IMG/VR virus record: IMGVR_UViG_3300037247_001890
Span: 64,001 to 128,000 of that record
Reading direction: 5' to 3' (one strand)
DNA length: 64,000 nucleotides
From: a virus
In this document: one piece after another, positions 25,249 through 36,400 of the stretch
Numbering within the stretch: the first letter of the stretch is position 1
How the letters are laid out: every line of letters begins with the position of its first letter
The notes under the pieces: model-generated
Database searches by the model: none
What the model saw: the letters and a program-made list of their open reading frames with translations, nothing else
What the model was told of the DNA's origin: nothing
Program-made: the position numbers and the translations under genes

Positions 25249-28200
25249 TTATACATCTATACGATAAATAGTTCCTGTTGAAGAATAAGCTATTCCTGCG
25301 CCGATTCTAACGTGAAAATACATAGCGGTTTCACCGTCATTATTATCAGTACTAGAAGTTACAACTACTCTACCATTAACATCTGTTGTAGCAACATTTC
25401 GTGCTGTTTCATCTACAACACCATGTCCAGTTCCAGTTGATACTGAAAAAGTTATTGTTCGTTCACCAGTTATATCTGTTGGTGCACCAAATTGGGTTTC
25501 ACTTACCCACCATTCTACAACACCACGAGTATTAGCACCGTCAATACCATCACCATTACCAATCCTATCAGTAACTACTCCATTCATATCACAAACATCA
25601 ACTGTAAAAGTTCTTGCTGAATCACTACCACCGACAGTTATTTCGGGATATAAAATATCTTTATGTATTAGATTTCCATCATGCGTAAGTTCCATTTTAA
25701 CGCTTCTAGTATCGTCTTCTGTATAAAAACCTATGCCTTGTTGGTTGCTTGCTGCCCCATTAATACCAAATATACCAGCGTATGCAGACGGAGAACTAAA
25801 ATGTATTCCACATTGAGTACCAGTAGTCGTAGAAGCGTTATGAATTCTCATCCCAGGTAAATTAGATAAAGTTGTGCCAGCATATACTGTGTCATCATCA
25901 AATTGAATGAGAAACATACTTGAGCCTAGTGCTCCACGCATTGATATACTACCACCATCAGCAGAATTCGGAGTTATAGTTAGATAACTATCATCCCCTA
26001 TAGTATTTACTTTAAAGTCTGCATAATGAGTTGCATCATATTCCAGTCTAACTGCAATATCTGTTGATTCAAATCTACCACCAATTGCTATACCATTTCC
26101 TTCATTAGTTCCCCAACCATGAATACCTATTGCATCCAATCTAGTATTTGAAATATTTACATCAGACCACGCTCTAAGGGCAACTCGTTCACCAGTATAG
26201 TCATAATTCGGATCATCTTTTATATATACATCCAATGCTAGACCATCTATAGTATCTGCAAATATTGGAAAGTCATGTTGTACATTAAGTAATTGAATTA
26301 TACTTGGAGTGGTAGTGGTGTAATTATTAACAGATAATCTATTATGTTTTAATGATGATGAATCAAAACCATCAGGATTACTTGCGAAAAAAATACCATT
26401 AAAGACTTTTATACCAGCAAGTTCCCCTGAAATACTATCATCTATAAAAACCCTGAGATCATTTGATGAGTCATAAAAACTTATAGTGTTTTCAATACCA
26501 TCAATTTCTAATCTTTGTCCAGATTCAGACGATTTTATACTAACTGAACCAGTGAGTGAATCTATTAAAAATGTATTAACGTTATTACCAAATGCACGAA
26601 GCCCATATGCATCCATTTGAACATAGTTACCACCAGCGTAATTACCACCACGAATAGTAGGGGAACTTAGAAGATATCTACTAATACTAGTAGTATGTTC
26701 TACATTCCAGGCCATGTTTAGGGAATTTCCAAGTACAGCAGACAGTGAAGGCTCACTGCCGTCTACAACATGCACGGCAGGAGAATATAAAAGTAGTTTA
26801 TTTTCCTCCTCATCATTGGAATTCTTTTGAAAACATCTAAAACCTTGGACTGTAGTAGCATCTAAACTTTTATAATCTATGCCGGAATAAGTAGGAGGAG
26901 AGTACCCCGATTTGTAGTGATATAAACCGCCCCAGCTATCTGTCCCCACATAATCATCTGGGTGAACAAAACCAGTTAATAAATACCAAGGAGTTTCTTG
27001 AAATTCTACGTCGTCAATATATATAGCTGCACTTCCACTAACACTGATATTAGTAACTGATAAATATCCTTCTTCGGTATTATTTTCTGCTTCGAAATCT
27101 AGCATGTAATTGGTCCAAATGCCACTTGGAACTAATACAGGTGTATTGTCTGTTTCTAAAAAGTCATAATCTGAAATACCGTCACTTACTTTAGCTTCCC
27201 ATTCTGTTACAGCATCACCATATAGCCATATTGATGCTCTATATTGGTATCCTGCCATTATTTTTAGATAACTTTTGTTGCTATTTATTAAATAACCATT
27301 AAAATCTTCAAATATATCATCATAAACAGAAAGTTCTGTTTCGGTATTAACTGCTGTTACATAAGTTCCTTCTCCTTTTGACATATTGTATACTAAATCA
27401 TTTATGGCAACTCCGGCACTAATAAAATTAGCACCAGAATCTACTAATTTTCCAGCTAAAGTTTCTGTACAACCACCTCTAGCAGTAGTATATTTATCTG
27501 TTTTTAGACCGTCACCGGAAGCCTCTGCTACAACTTTTCTTGAATACGTACCACTATGTGCTTGTTCACTAGAAGTATCATGAGAAGAAGGATTACCAAC
27601 ATAAGTCCATCCGGTAAGACGTGTGCCAGTAAAGGCTCCGTCATCCATACTACCATTAACAATTAATTGAGTACTAACTTCTACAGCATCTATATACACT
27701 CCAGCTGATGTATCCACTTCAGAGGCAATTACATAAATTCTATTAGTTGTAGATCTTTCAGCGGTTTGAAAAGTTACAACATGGTTAGTCCAGTCATCAT
27801 ATGTTATATAAGAATTTTCATAACCAAGTTCTTTAATCCAATATCTTTGTTCGCCATTATCTATATAAATTTGCCATTTTGTTGTTTTACTAACTGAATC
27901 TAGCCAAATAGAAAATCTATATGTTTGATAACCTTCCAACGTGAATTCATCACTCTTAACACCCGACCCAACATCCGCTTCCCATAAATCACAATACCAC
28001 GAATAAGTACCATCAAGTTTAGAGGCCGCAGATCTTTGAGAAGAGATAGGGTTACCATAAGCATTCCAGTTTGCGTCTAACTCCATGCTAGGATTTGCTA
28101 CAGGATTATCATTAAAATGAATTGCATTAGGTAGTTCTAATCCAGATGCAAAATACGGATTATTATTAACAGAATCAGAATCATCAAAGGTTAAATCAGA

Positions 28201-28893
28201 GGTATGTCCTGTATTTCCACAACCAAAGAACATATCTCGCCCAATACCTCCTATAAACTTCGCCCAAATAGTGTGTCTATATCTTAAAGTCTTGTCTATA
28301 TCATAGGTATTATATGCCCAGCCTCCTGCTTCTTCACCACCTGATACTACATTGCATTCCCATACCAAATCTTGGTAACCGAAAGGATTTAGAGTACTAA
28401 TAATAGAATTATTCTCTTCACCAGACCCATATGGATCATACCCATATGGATTAGAACCCTCAGTCCAGTATCCTATGCCGCTAGGGACTGTTGTTTCATG
28501 CCACAATCTCACATCGGGAGATAGAATATTTGCTCCAGGAATTATTCGTGTACCGAATATTAATTGTGAATCGCCTCCTATAAGAAGTGTAGAACCATTC
28601 CATTGGATTGCCCCGTCTACACCGCCCAGATAAAAATGTCCGTCGATACTCATGTAAGACATCCACTCAGCACCATTGTAATATCCTAAATAAGTCTGCG
28701 TTAAGTTAAGGCCTGATTGAACAGATGGATCTGCTCCAGGCAAAACAGATGTTATAATAGTACTGTTGGCATCAAAACCAGTATAAGCTCTCGCAGCACC
28801 GGTTTTTTCGTCCTGTGTGGTTTTATAAAATGTATCACCGTCTTGTACAATATCCAAGGTTCTTACTTGGACGCCCGAATGGGTTATACTCAT
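25249..28893 (-). CDS. tail fibre / receptor-binding protein with carbohydrate-binding-like domains
   Basis: 1214 aa, G/S/T/D-rich beta composition; two CBM-like units (NPSME..W...YRFSIW...YIDAVE; NGSMD...YRASIW...YIDDVE). Confidence 0.65.
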   Translation of the reverse strand: MSITHSGVQVRTLDIVQDGDTFYKTTQDEKTGAARAYTGFDANSTIITSVLPGADPSVQSGLNLTQTYLGYYNGAEWMSYMSIDGHFYLGGVDGAIQWNGSTLLIGGDSQLIFGTRIIPGANILSPDVRLWHETTVPSGIGYWTEGSNPYGYDPYGSGEENNSIISTLNPFGYQDLVWECNVVSGGEEAGGWAYNTYDIDKTLRYRHTIWAKFIGGIGRDMFFGCGNTGHTSDLTFDDSDSVNNNPYFASGLELPNAIHFNDNPVANPSMELDANWNAYGNPISSQRSAASKLDGTYSWYCDLWEADVGSGVKSDEFTLEGYQTYRFSIWLDSVSKTTKWQIYIDNGEQRYWIKELGYENSYITYDDWTNHVVTFQTAERSTTNRIYVIASEVDTSAGVYIDAVEVSTQLIVNGSMDDGAFTGTRLTGWTYVGNPSSHDTSSEQAHSGTYSRKVVAEASGDGLKTDKYTTARGGCTETLAGKLVDSGANFISAGVAINDLVYNMSKGEGTYVTAVNTETELSVYDDIFEDFNGYLINSNKSYLKIMAGYQYRASIWLYGDAVTEWEAKVSDGISDYDFLETDNTPVLVPSGIWTNYMLDFEAENNTEEGYLSVTNISVSGSAAIYIDDVEFQETPWYLLTGFVHPDDYVGTDSWGGLYHYKSGYSPPTYSGIDYKSLDATTVQGFRCFQKNSNDEEENKLLLYSPAVHVVDGSEPSLSAVLGNSLNMAWNVEHTTSISRYLLSSPTIRGGNYAGGNYVQMDAYGLRAFGNNVNTFLIDSLTGSVSIKSSESGQRLEIDGIENTISFYDSSNDLRVFIDDSISGELAGIKVFNGIFFASNPDGFDSSSLKHNRLSVNNYTTTTPSIIQLLNVQHDFPIFADTIDGLALDVYIKDDPNYDYTGERVALRAWSDVNISNTRLDAIGIHGWGTNEGNGIAIGGRFESTDIAVRLEYDATHYADFKVNTIGDDSYLTITPNSADGGSISMRGALGSSMFLIQFDDDTVYAGTTLSNLPGMRIHNASTTTGTQCGIHFSSPSAYAGIFGINGAASNQQGIGFYTEDDTRSVKMELTHDGNLIHKDILYPEITVGGSDSARTFTVDVCDMNGVVTDRIGNGDGIDGANTRGVVEWWVSETQFGAPTDITGERTITFSVSTGTGHGVVDETARNVATTDVNGRVVVTSSTDNNDGETAMYFHVRIGAGIAYSSTGTIYRIDV

Positions 28894-28926
28894 GGTATTA
28901 TCTTTATCCTTTTAATTTTGCCATAG

Positions 28927-30405
28927 TTATATTATCCTAGTCACACTTGATATCCAGAATTGGTGCCATTTAACTATCTCGTCTTCCGGTACCTCATAAG
29001 TGAATGCTCCAGCAGTCCCACTAAATAATTCGATGCCGCTACCTTCCATCAAGTCCCCAAGATTATTGGCAGCATGATGAACTATGCTGACCCCAGCCAA
29101 TATTCGACTAATATCATTAGTCCAAGATAATGATATTTGATTTAATGCAACAGATGTGTCCAAATTAGTAGGATCGGGAACGGAATATGTTAAAGCAATT
29201 CCACTTTCTATAGGATCACTATAATGGCCCACTGATTTGTGATAAATCTTATAATATATAGTACCTATTGCATCATAACTTTTGTCAACAATAGTAACAC
29301 TCTCTGAGCCGCTAGGAATTTCTACATTGCTAATAGTTGCTATAAGATTATAATTATTCTGATCTCCTATTGAGGACCATATTTCATACTCAGATGATTG
29401 TCCAGATGAAACCACATTCCATGTAATTTCAACGGTGTCTCCCACTTCTATAAAATCTGCTCCGGTAATAGGGTCTGGATACAAAGGCTGCCAGAACAAT
29501 CCTATAAAGCCTGGAGTTCCTGGGAATCTCTCAAAAACATTAGGATCAAACCCACTGGCTACTACCGTAATAGGAGAAGGAGTGGCAGTAGTCGATCCAA
29601 AGAAGAGAGTAGGATCTACTCCATCGGATACTACCGTAATAGGAGGAGGAGTAAAGTTAATATCCCCAAAGGGTATTACAAAAGGATCTACTCCACTTGC
29701 CACTACCGTAATAGGAGAAGGAGTAAGACTAAGTGCTCCCTCAATTACAATAGGATCCACTCCGCTAGCAACCACAGTGATAGCAGAAGGCGTGTATATA
29801 ATATCCTGACCTACTACAAAAGGATCTACTCCGCTAGCTACTACAGTAATAGGGGAAGGAGTAAATTCTATTCCAGAAAGAATTACAGTAGGATCTATTC
29901 CTTCAGCTACTACTGTAATAGGGGAAGGGGTGAAAGTAAGTGCCCCTTCTACTACTATAGGATCTATTCCACTAGATACTACCGTTATCTCAACGGGCGT
30001 AAAACTAATCGACGCAAGGACTACACCAGGATCTACTCCACTTGCCACTACCGTAATAGGAGAAGGAGTAAATTCTATTCCAGAAAGAATTACAGTAGGA
30101 TCTATTCCTTCAGATACTACAGTAATAGGGGAAGGAGTAAAACTAATTCCCCCCTCAATTACAAAAGGATCTACTCCACTAGCTACTACAGTAATAGGGG
30201 AAGGAGTAAATTCTATTCCAGAAAGAATTACAGTAGGATCTATTCCTTCAGATACTACAGTAATAGGGGAAGGCGTGAATTCTATTCCAGATTGGATTAC
30301 AAAAGGATCTATTCCACTAGATACTACAGTAATAGGGGAAGGAGTAAATTCTATTCCAGAAAATGCCTCTTCAAAATATTCATGGGCACCTACATCCCAA
30401 GCCAT
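28927..30405 (-). CDS. virion protein with 12 x 23-aa repeats and C-terminal FN3-like domains
   Basis: FTPSPITVVxSGxDP repeats; ITW..YEIW and ISLSW motifs. Confidence 0.7.
   Translation of the reverse strand: MAWDVGAHEYFEEAFSGIEFTPSPITVVSSGIDPFVIQSGIEFTPSPITVVSEGIDPTVILSGIEFTPSPITVVASGVDPFVIEGGISFTPSPITVVSEGIDPTVILSGIEFTPSPITVVASGVDPGVVLASISFTPVEITVVSSGIDPIVVEGALTFTPSPITVVAEGIDPTVILSGIEFTPSPITVVASGVDPFVVGQDIIYTPSAITVVASGVDPIVIEGALSLTPSPITVVASGVDPFVIPFGDINFTPPPITVVSDGVDPTLFFGSTTATPSPITVVASGFDPNVFERFPGTPGFIGLFWQPLYPDPITGADFIEVGDTVEITWNVVSSGQSSEYEIWSSIGDQNNYNLIATISNVEIPSGSESVTIVDKSYDAIGTIYYKIYHKSVGHYSDPIESGIALTYSVPDPTNLDTSVALNQISLSWTNDISRILAGVSIVHHAANNLGDLMEGSGIELFSGTAGAFTYEVPEDEIVKWHQFWISSVTRII
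29536..30348 (-). repeat. coding tandem repeat, 12 x 69 bp
   Basis: visible at both DNA and protein level. Confidence 0.9.
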
Positions 30406-33400
30406 TACGACCTCGTTGTTCCAATTATATCATCATCATATAACCCAGAGCCTGGATTTGTCAAACCACTTTCTCTTAAATCAGAATCTGTGGATTTTAA
30501 TCTATAATCATTACTCGTCCAATCTTCAAAGACATCAGCCCAGTTGGCTGGGGTGATTGGATTATCGCCATCGCCATCATCAGTTGCACAAGTATCAATC
30601 GTTGAGCTAGAAGCAGCACCAACATCAATATCATCATTATTGTTCCATATTGCACAATTCTTAATAATAATATCACCGGAATTAGCAAAGACTCCATCTA
30701 CAGTATTTGATCCTTCGATAGTACAATTATATAAATCTAAAATTGACCCATTAAACTCAATCCCTCGCCGTGGACAACCATATATAATTGTATTCCAAAC
30801 TGTTAAATTTGTATCATCATCACCAATATCAATACCCATATATCTTACAGTTGCTCCGGGGACACACCTAATAATACTATTTGATATTCTAATGTCATTA
30901 CTACTAGTAGTTTGGCCATTAATACCCAAACAAGCAGAAAATGTATCTAATGAGGAATAAATTTTGCTGAATTGAACAGCATCTAACCGGACATAATCTT
31001 CACTAATATCAAATGGATCATCATCAGTTATTTCTATTCTCCATTTGGATGAATCCCAAGATGCACCAGTAGGTCTTTCTCCCTGAACTTTGACATAATT
31101 AACAGACTCTGTTGTCCATCCATTAATATTAACCTTACTACTATCATTGCCACCGCTACTAGATCTGCAAACAGCAACACATGCTTTTCCAATTGTCGCA
31201 GTTGTTAAATCGCCCTGCTCAGTTGATTCCCACGTATTAAGAGAAGTATAATCAAACCCTGCACCACTATCAGGATCGACTACCTTACCGTATTCTAAGC
31301 TGTGATGTGCTCCTACATCATAAGAGTCAGTCGCTGCAGAACCCCTTGAATTTCCTAATACGTCGTCAGTAACAGGAAGATCAGAGTCTGCATAAAGATT
31401 TGTTCCTTTAAATATTGCTACTTCATCAAAATAATTAAGAGTAAAATCATCGCTTCCCTCATCTTGAAAAGTTACTGATCCGAACATATTTGTCTTAACT
31501 GTATAAGTTTCATTGCCAGTATCAAATATATCATCGTTCAAAGTCAATTGCGTATCGCTGTCAACCACCGTAACATAAGAATATGTACTGTCAGTATCAT
31601 TCTCAACTATAGAGCCTACCTGTGCCGCAGATAGTCCACCACCCGAGTCATTAAGCTTATTAGCCCCATAGGATGTCGCAGTACCAGTTGCGTGATTTGC
31701 ACCAAATATAATGAAAGAAGCAGGTGTTGTATCTGTTATATTGTGAGTCGAAGCCGAATCAAACGTTCCATCATAATCTGTAATACAATCATTCACTATA
31801 TTATTTTTAGCAACCATAGTACCTGAACCCCGCCTTATTCCAATATCACAATTATGAACAGTATTATTATATAAATAAGTAGATTCATTTGACTCAATTC
31901 CTCTAGAAGTAGTTCCAGTGAAATCATAAACTATATTATTCCATATATAAGCGGTAGGATTCGCATTAGGGCCGACAAAAATTCCAGTATTATTATCAGC
32001 TGGATTGCTATTTCTTACTATACAATAAGAGATAAAAATCTCACTGGCCTCTGTATTACTCCACGGTATGGTAATAGGTTCCCTAAATGTTGCTGAACTG
32101 CTTGGAGATGAATCTATTTGCAATCCTTCAATTCTAATACATGCTTCCAAAATATTTATTACATCACTATTTGCCTCTATTCTAAATTTATTTCCAGTTT
32201 GCCATGTGCCATTATGTCGATAAGATTCAGTAGGGTCAGTCCACATTTTTATGTAATTAGTAGTAGTAGATGTCCATCCGTCCAAAGTAAATGCAGTAGA
32301 ATCAGCCGTCCCACCAGTACATCTACAAGTTGCAATTGAAGCTTTATATAAACCAGTAGCATCTAAATCAGCTTGCTCAGTTGATTCCCATGTATTTAAA
32401 TCAGTATAATCATAGCCTGCTCCTGAATCCGGATCAATAACATGTGCTACAGAATCTGAATAGAAAGCACCGATATCAAAATTATCAGTAGTAGACGCTC
32501 CTCTCGATACACCCTTGACATCATCTGTAATAGCTATATTAGAATCAGTATAAAGATTTGTCCCATACAAAAGACCACCATCATCCTTCGGGTCTAGCTC
32601 ATAATTTTCAATACCAGAATCAACAAATGTAAAAGTCTGGCTTGCCCTATTTCCAGTTCCACCATGAGCAGTGGCGGTTGTATCTTCAGACGCACAATAA
32701 TTTAAATCTAAAGTACCAGCAGTTTCAACAAAAGCAGTTCCAGAATTTTGATCATTACATAATATATTTTTACAATAAGTAGTTCCCGTACCAATCGCTC
32801 TACGAATACCATAATAGCTTCCTATAATAGTAGTATTATGAATATACCACGATTCATCTGATTCGACTCTAATGGCAACATTTTGATTACTAGCATTTTT
32901 ATGTCCATCAAAAAATAAACAATTACTAACATAAGCCTTGGAATCAAGATCCATTGATCTAAGTGAATATTGCCAATAAGAAATATTTGAATTACATTTA
33001 AATACACAATTTTTTATTTCTATTTTATTGTCACTATTTACAGTCCGAATTTCTATAAGTCCTTTTCCATTAGATACAGGAATATTACTTAATTGTATTC
33101 CATCAAACACAATATAATCCTCATCAGTAGTTAAAGCATGTGCATCTCCAGATATTCTTCTATAATAATCAGTATTCCAAATCCCTGAATGTCTATAACT
33201 TTCAGCCGGATCTGTCCAAATTTTAATATAATTTGCAGAGGATGTCGTCCATCCCTGAATTACAGTTCCAGTAGAAGTATCATCAGCCCCGCCACTCGTT
33301 GCTCTACAACAAGCAACTGAAGCTTTATATAAACCAGTGGTACCTAAATCGCCTTGTTCAGTTGATTCCCATGTATTTAAATCAGTATAGTCATAACCAG

Positions 33401-36400
33401 CTCCTGAATCGGGATCGACTACCTTACCATATTCTAAAGAGTGATGTGCTCCTACATCATAAAAGTCAGTCGTTGATGCTCCTCTTGAATTACTAAGAAT
33501 ATCGTCTATAATTGGATGGTTACTATCTGTATAAAGATTAGTACCTTCAAATATTGCTACTTCATCTAGATAATTAAGAAGGTATGTACTCCCTTCAAAA
33601 TCTACAGTACCCACTTTATTTGTAAAAATAGAATAATCCTCAGTTCCAGCAAATATATTATCATTCAAGGATAATTGGATATCACTATCAACTGCTGTTA
33701 CATAAGAATAAGCAGTGTCTGATGTATCTTTGACAACTGAACCAATCGGAATTGATGATAACCCTCCCCCAGAATCAATTAATTTATCAGTGGCACCTGA
33801 AGTTACAGTTCCAGTTTTCCATGTTGAACCATAAGCAGTTCTAGTATCTGCCTCTTCAACAATATTAAAACCGGTATTAGAGGTTGTTTGTCCAAAAAAA
33901 CTTCTGGTTCCAGCACCATCACATATATTATTTATAAGAGTTGAAGAAGATGTTCCACGAATAGTATATAGTCCACCTATACATGTATTATTATAAATAT
34001 AACCCGACCCATCATCCAAAATACAATAATTTGCGACAGTCCCATTTATATCATAAATAATATTATTCCCAATTTTTACAATAGCATCTGCATCAGCAAC
34101 ACTTATTCCATTTTGAGTATAAGTACCATTATTAGCACCTCTAATAATACATTTTTCAATCCTTATATCATTACTAACATCAATAATAGCAACTCGAATA
34201 ACATGATCGCTATTATCATTAATAGATGGTGTTCTTATTTGTAACCCTTTTAATCTAACATAATTTTCTCTAATATTTAAACCAGCTATACCAGCATCAG
34301 TTATTTCATATCTATAATAATTTCCAGTTAGCCACGTTCCATTATGTCTATAGCTTTCAGTAGGATCAGTCCAGATTTTTATATAATTTGCTGCCTCGGT
34401 AGTCCATCCATCAACACTTGTAACAGTTGTATCTGCTGTACCGCCCGTACATCTGCATACTGCAACAGAAGCTTTATTTAATGCTGAAACCTGTAAATCA
34501 GCTTCCTCGTTTGATTCCCAAGTATTAAGAGAAGTATAATCAAACCCTGCACCACTATCAGGATCAATAACGTTGCCATATTCAAGGGAATGATGTGCTC
34601 CTACATCAAAGTTATCCGTGTCAACAGAACCTCTTGAGTTTCCTAGTATATCATCTGTTATTGGGAGTTCAGTACCTGAGTAAAGATTAGTTCCTTTAAA
34701 AATTGCCACTGTGTCTAAATAATTAAGAGTAAAATCATTACCAGCTTCATCATTGAATACTGGGTTGCCATACATATTTTCTTTTATTGTATATGCTTCA
34801 CTCGTACTAAAATGATCATCATTAATTGATAGTTGAATATCAGAATCAATAGCAGTAACATATGTCCAATCAACACCAGCATTTACTAATGATCCAATTC
34901 TGATTGATGCTAATCCACCGCCAGAATCAATTAATTTATTTGTTGCTTGACCAGTGGTTGTTCCGGTTTTTTGATCTGCTCCAAAATTACCATCACTGGT
35001 AGCATCAGGATCTAAATCAGTAATATTCCAACCTGAAAGAGAATTATATGTACTTCCATAAAAATTATCCGCTCCACCAACCGATATATTATTTATAACA
35101 ATACCCCAATCACCAGTAAGGCGAAATCCCCTTGTACAATCCACCATTGTATTATTATAACATCTTACACTACCAGCATCTCCAGCATTTATTCTAACTC
35201 CATAAAAACAATCATAAGTGATGTTGTTAGAAAAATAGATTTTTTCACCCGCACTTAATGAGTCATTAAACCATGCATAGCATTCTTCTGCTCCACCACC
35301 ATCTTTAAGAATACATTTCTCAATTCTTAAATCAACTGTCCCTGTTAAAGCCATCAGCGACTGAGTAGCGGTATCTAGGGTAGTAGAAAAAGCAATACCC
35401 TCAAAACGAACATGGTCTTCTTGAATTATGACTGACTCAGCAGAACCAGTATACTCAAATCTATACTTATTTCCAGTTGGGTAAACTCCAGCATGTCTGT
35501 AGCTTTCAGTAGGATCAGTCCATATTTTTATGTAATTAGCAGATTCTGTAGTCCAACCAGCTATGCTAAAAGTATCCGTATCTGCAGTACCACCAGTACA
35601 TCTACAAGTAGCAACAGAAGCCTTATACAATCCTACTGCAGTTAAATCAGTTTCCTCGTTTGATTCCCATACATTTAATGAACTATAATCAAATCCTGCA
35701 CCTGAATCAGGATCAACTATTCTATTGTATTCTAGAGAATGATGAGCACCAATATCAAAATTATCAGTAGATGAAGACCCGCGAGAATTTCCTAGAACAT
35801 CATCTGTAACAGGAGAGTTAGCGTCTGCATAAAGATTAGTACCATGGAACATGGCTAAAGTATCTTCAGCAGTTAAAAAATAATTTCCAGGTTGAAAATC
35901 AGGAGTTCCAAAAATATTAGAGGTTACACGATAGGCTTCATTACCTGTATCAAATGCGTCAGAACTTAAAGTTAATTGAGTGTCTGAATCAACCACCGTC
36001 ACATAAGCATAACTTGAATCAGTTGTATTAGCTACAACGGAACCAACTATTGCAGCACTTAACCCACCACCAGAATCATTTAATTGATTTGCACCGTAAG
36101 AAGTTGCTGTACCAGTCGTTAAATCAGTATTAATCCCACCTAAAGAATTTGCAACTAGTGTTCCGTCTTCAATTATATTATAGCCAGTGTCGTCATTTGT
36201 TGAATCAGTTGCTCTATCAGTTTGATCTTGATATATATTATTGATTTGTATTGTAGTTCCGGCATTTCTATCAACTCCAAGATTTCCTCCAATAAGGACA
36301 TTATTATAGACATAAACCGTTCCAGATGAAGTCATATAAATACATAATGCCGATGCATGTGCAGAAATATCATAAAATATATTATTATGTATTTTAACGA

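Noticed and set aside
29435-30960. Long + strand ORFs, and a CRISPR-like look of the 69-bp repeats
   Set aside because: The ORFs are antisense shadows of coding repeats. The units are codon-degenerate with no unique spacers, and no cas genes are present.
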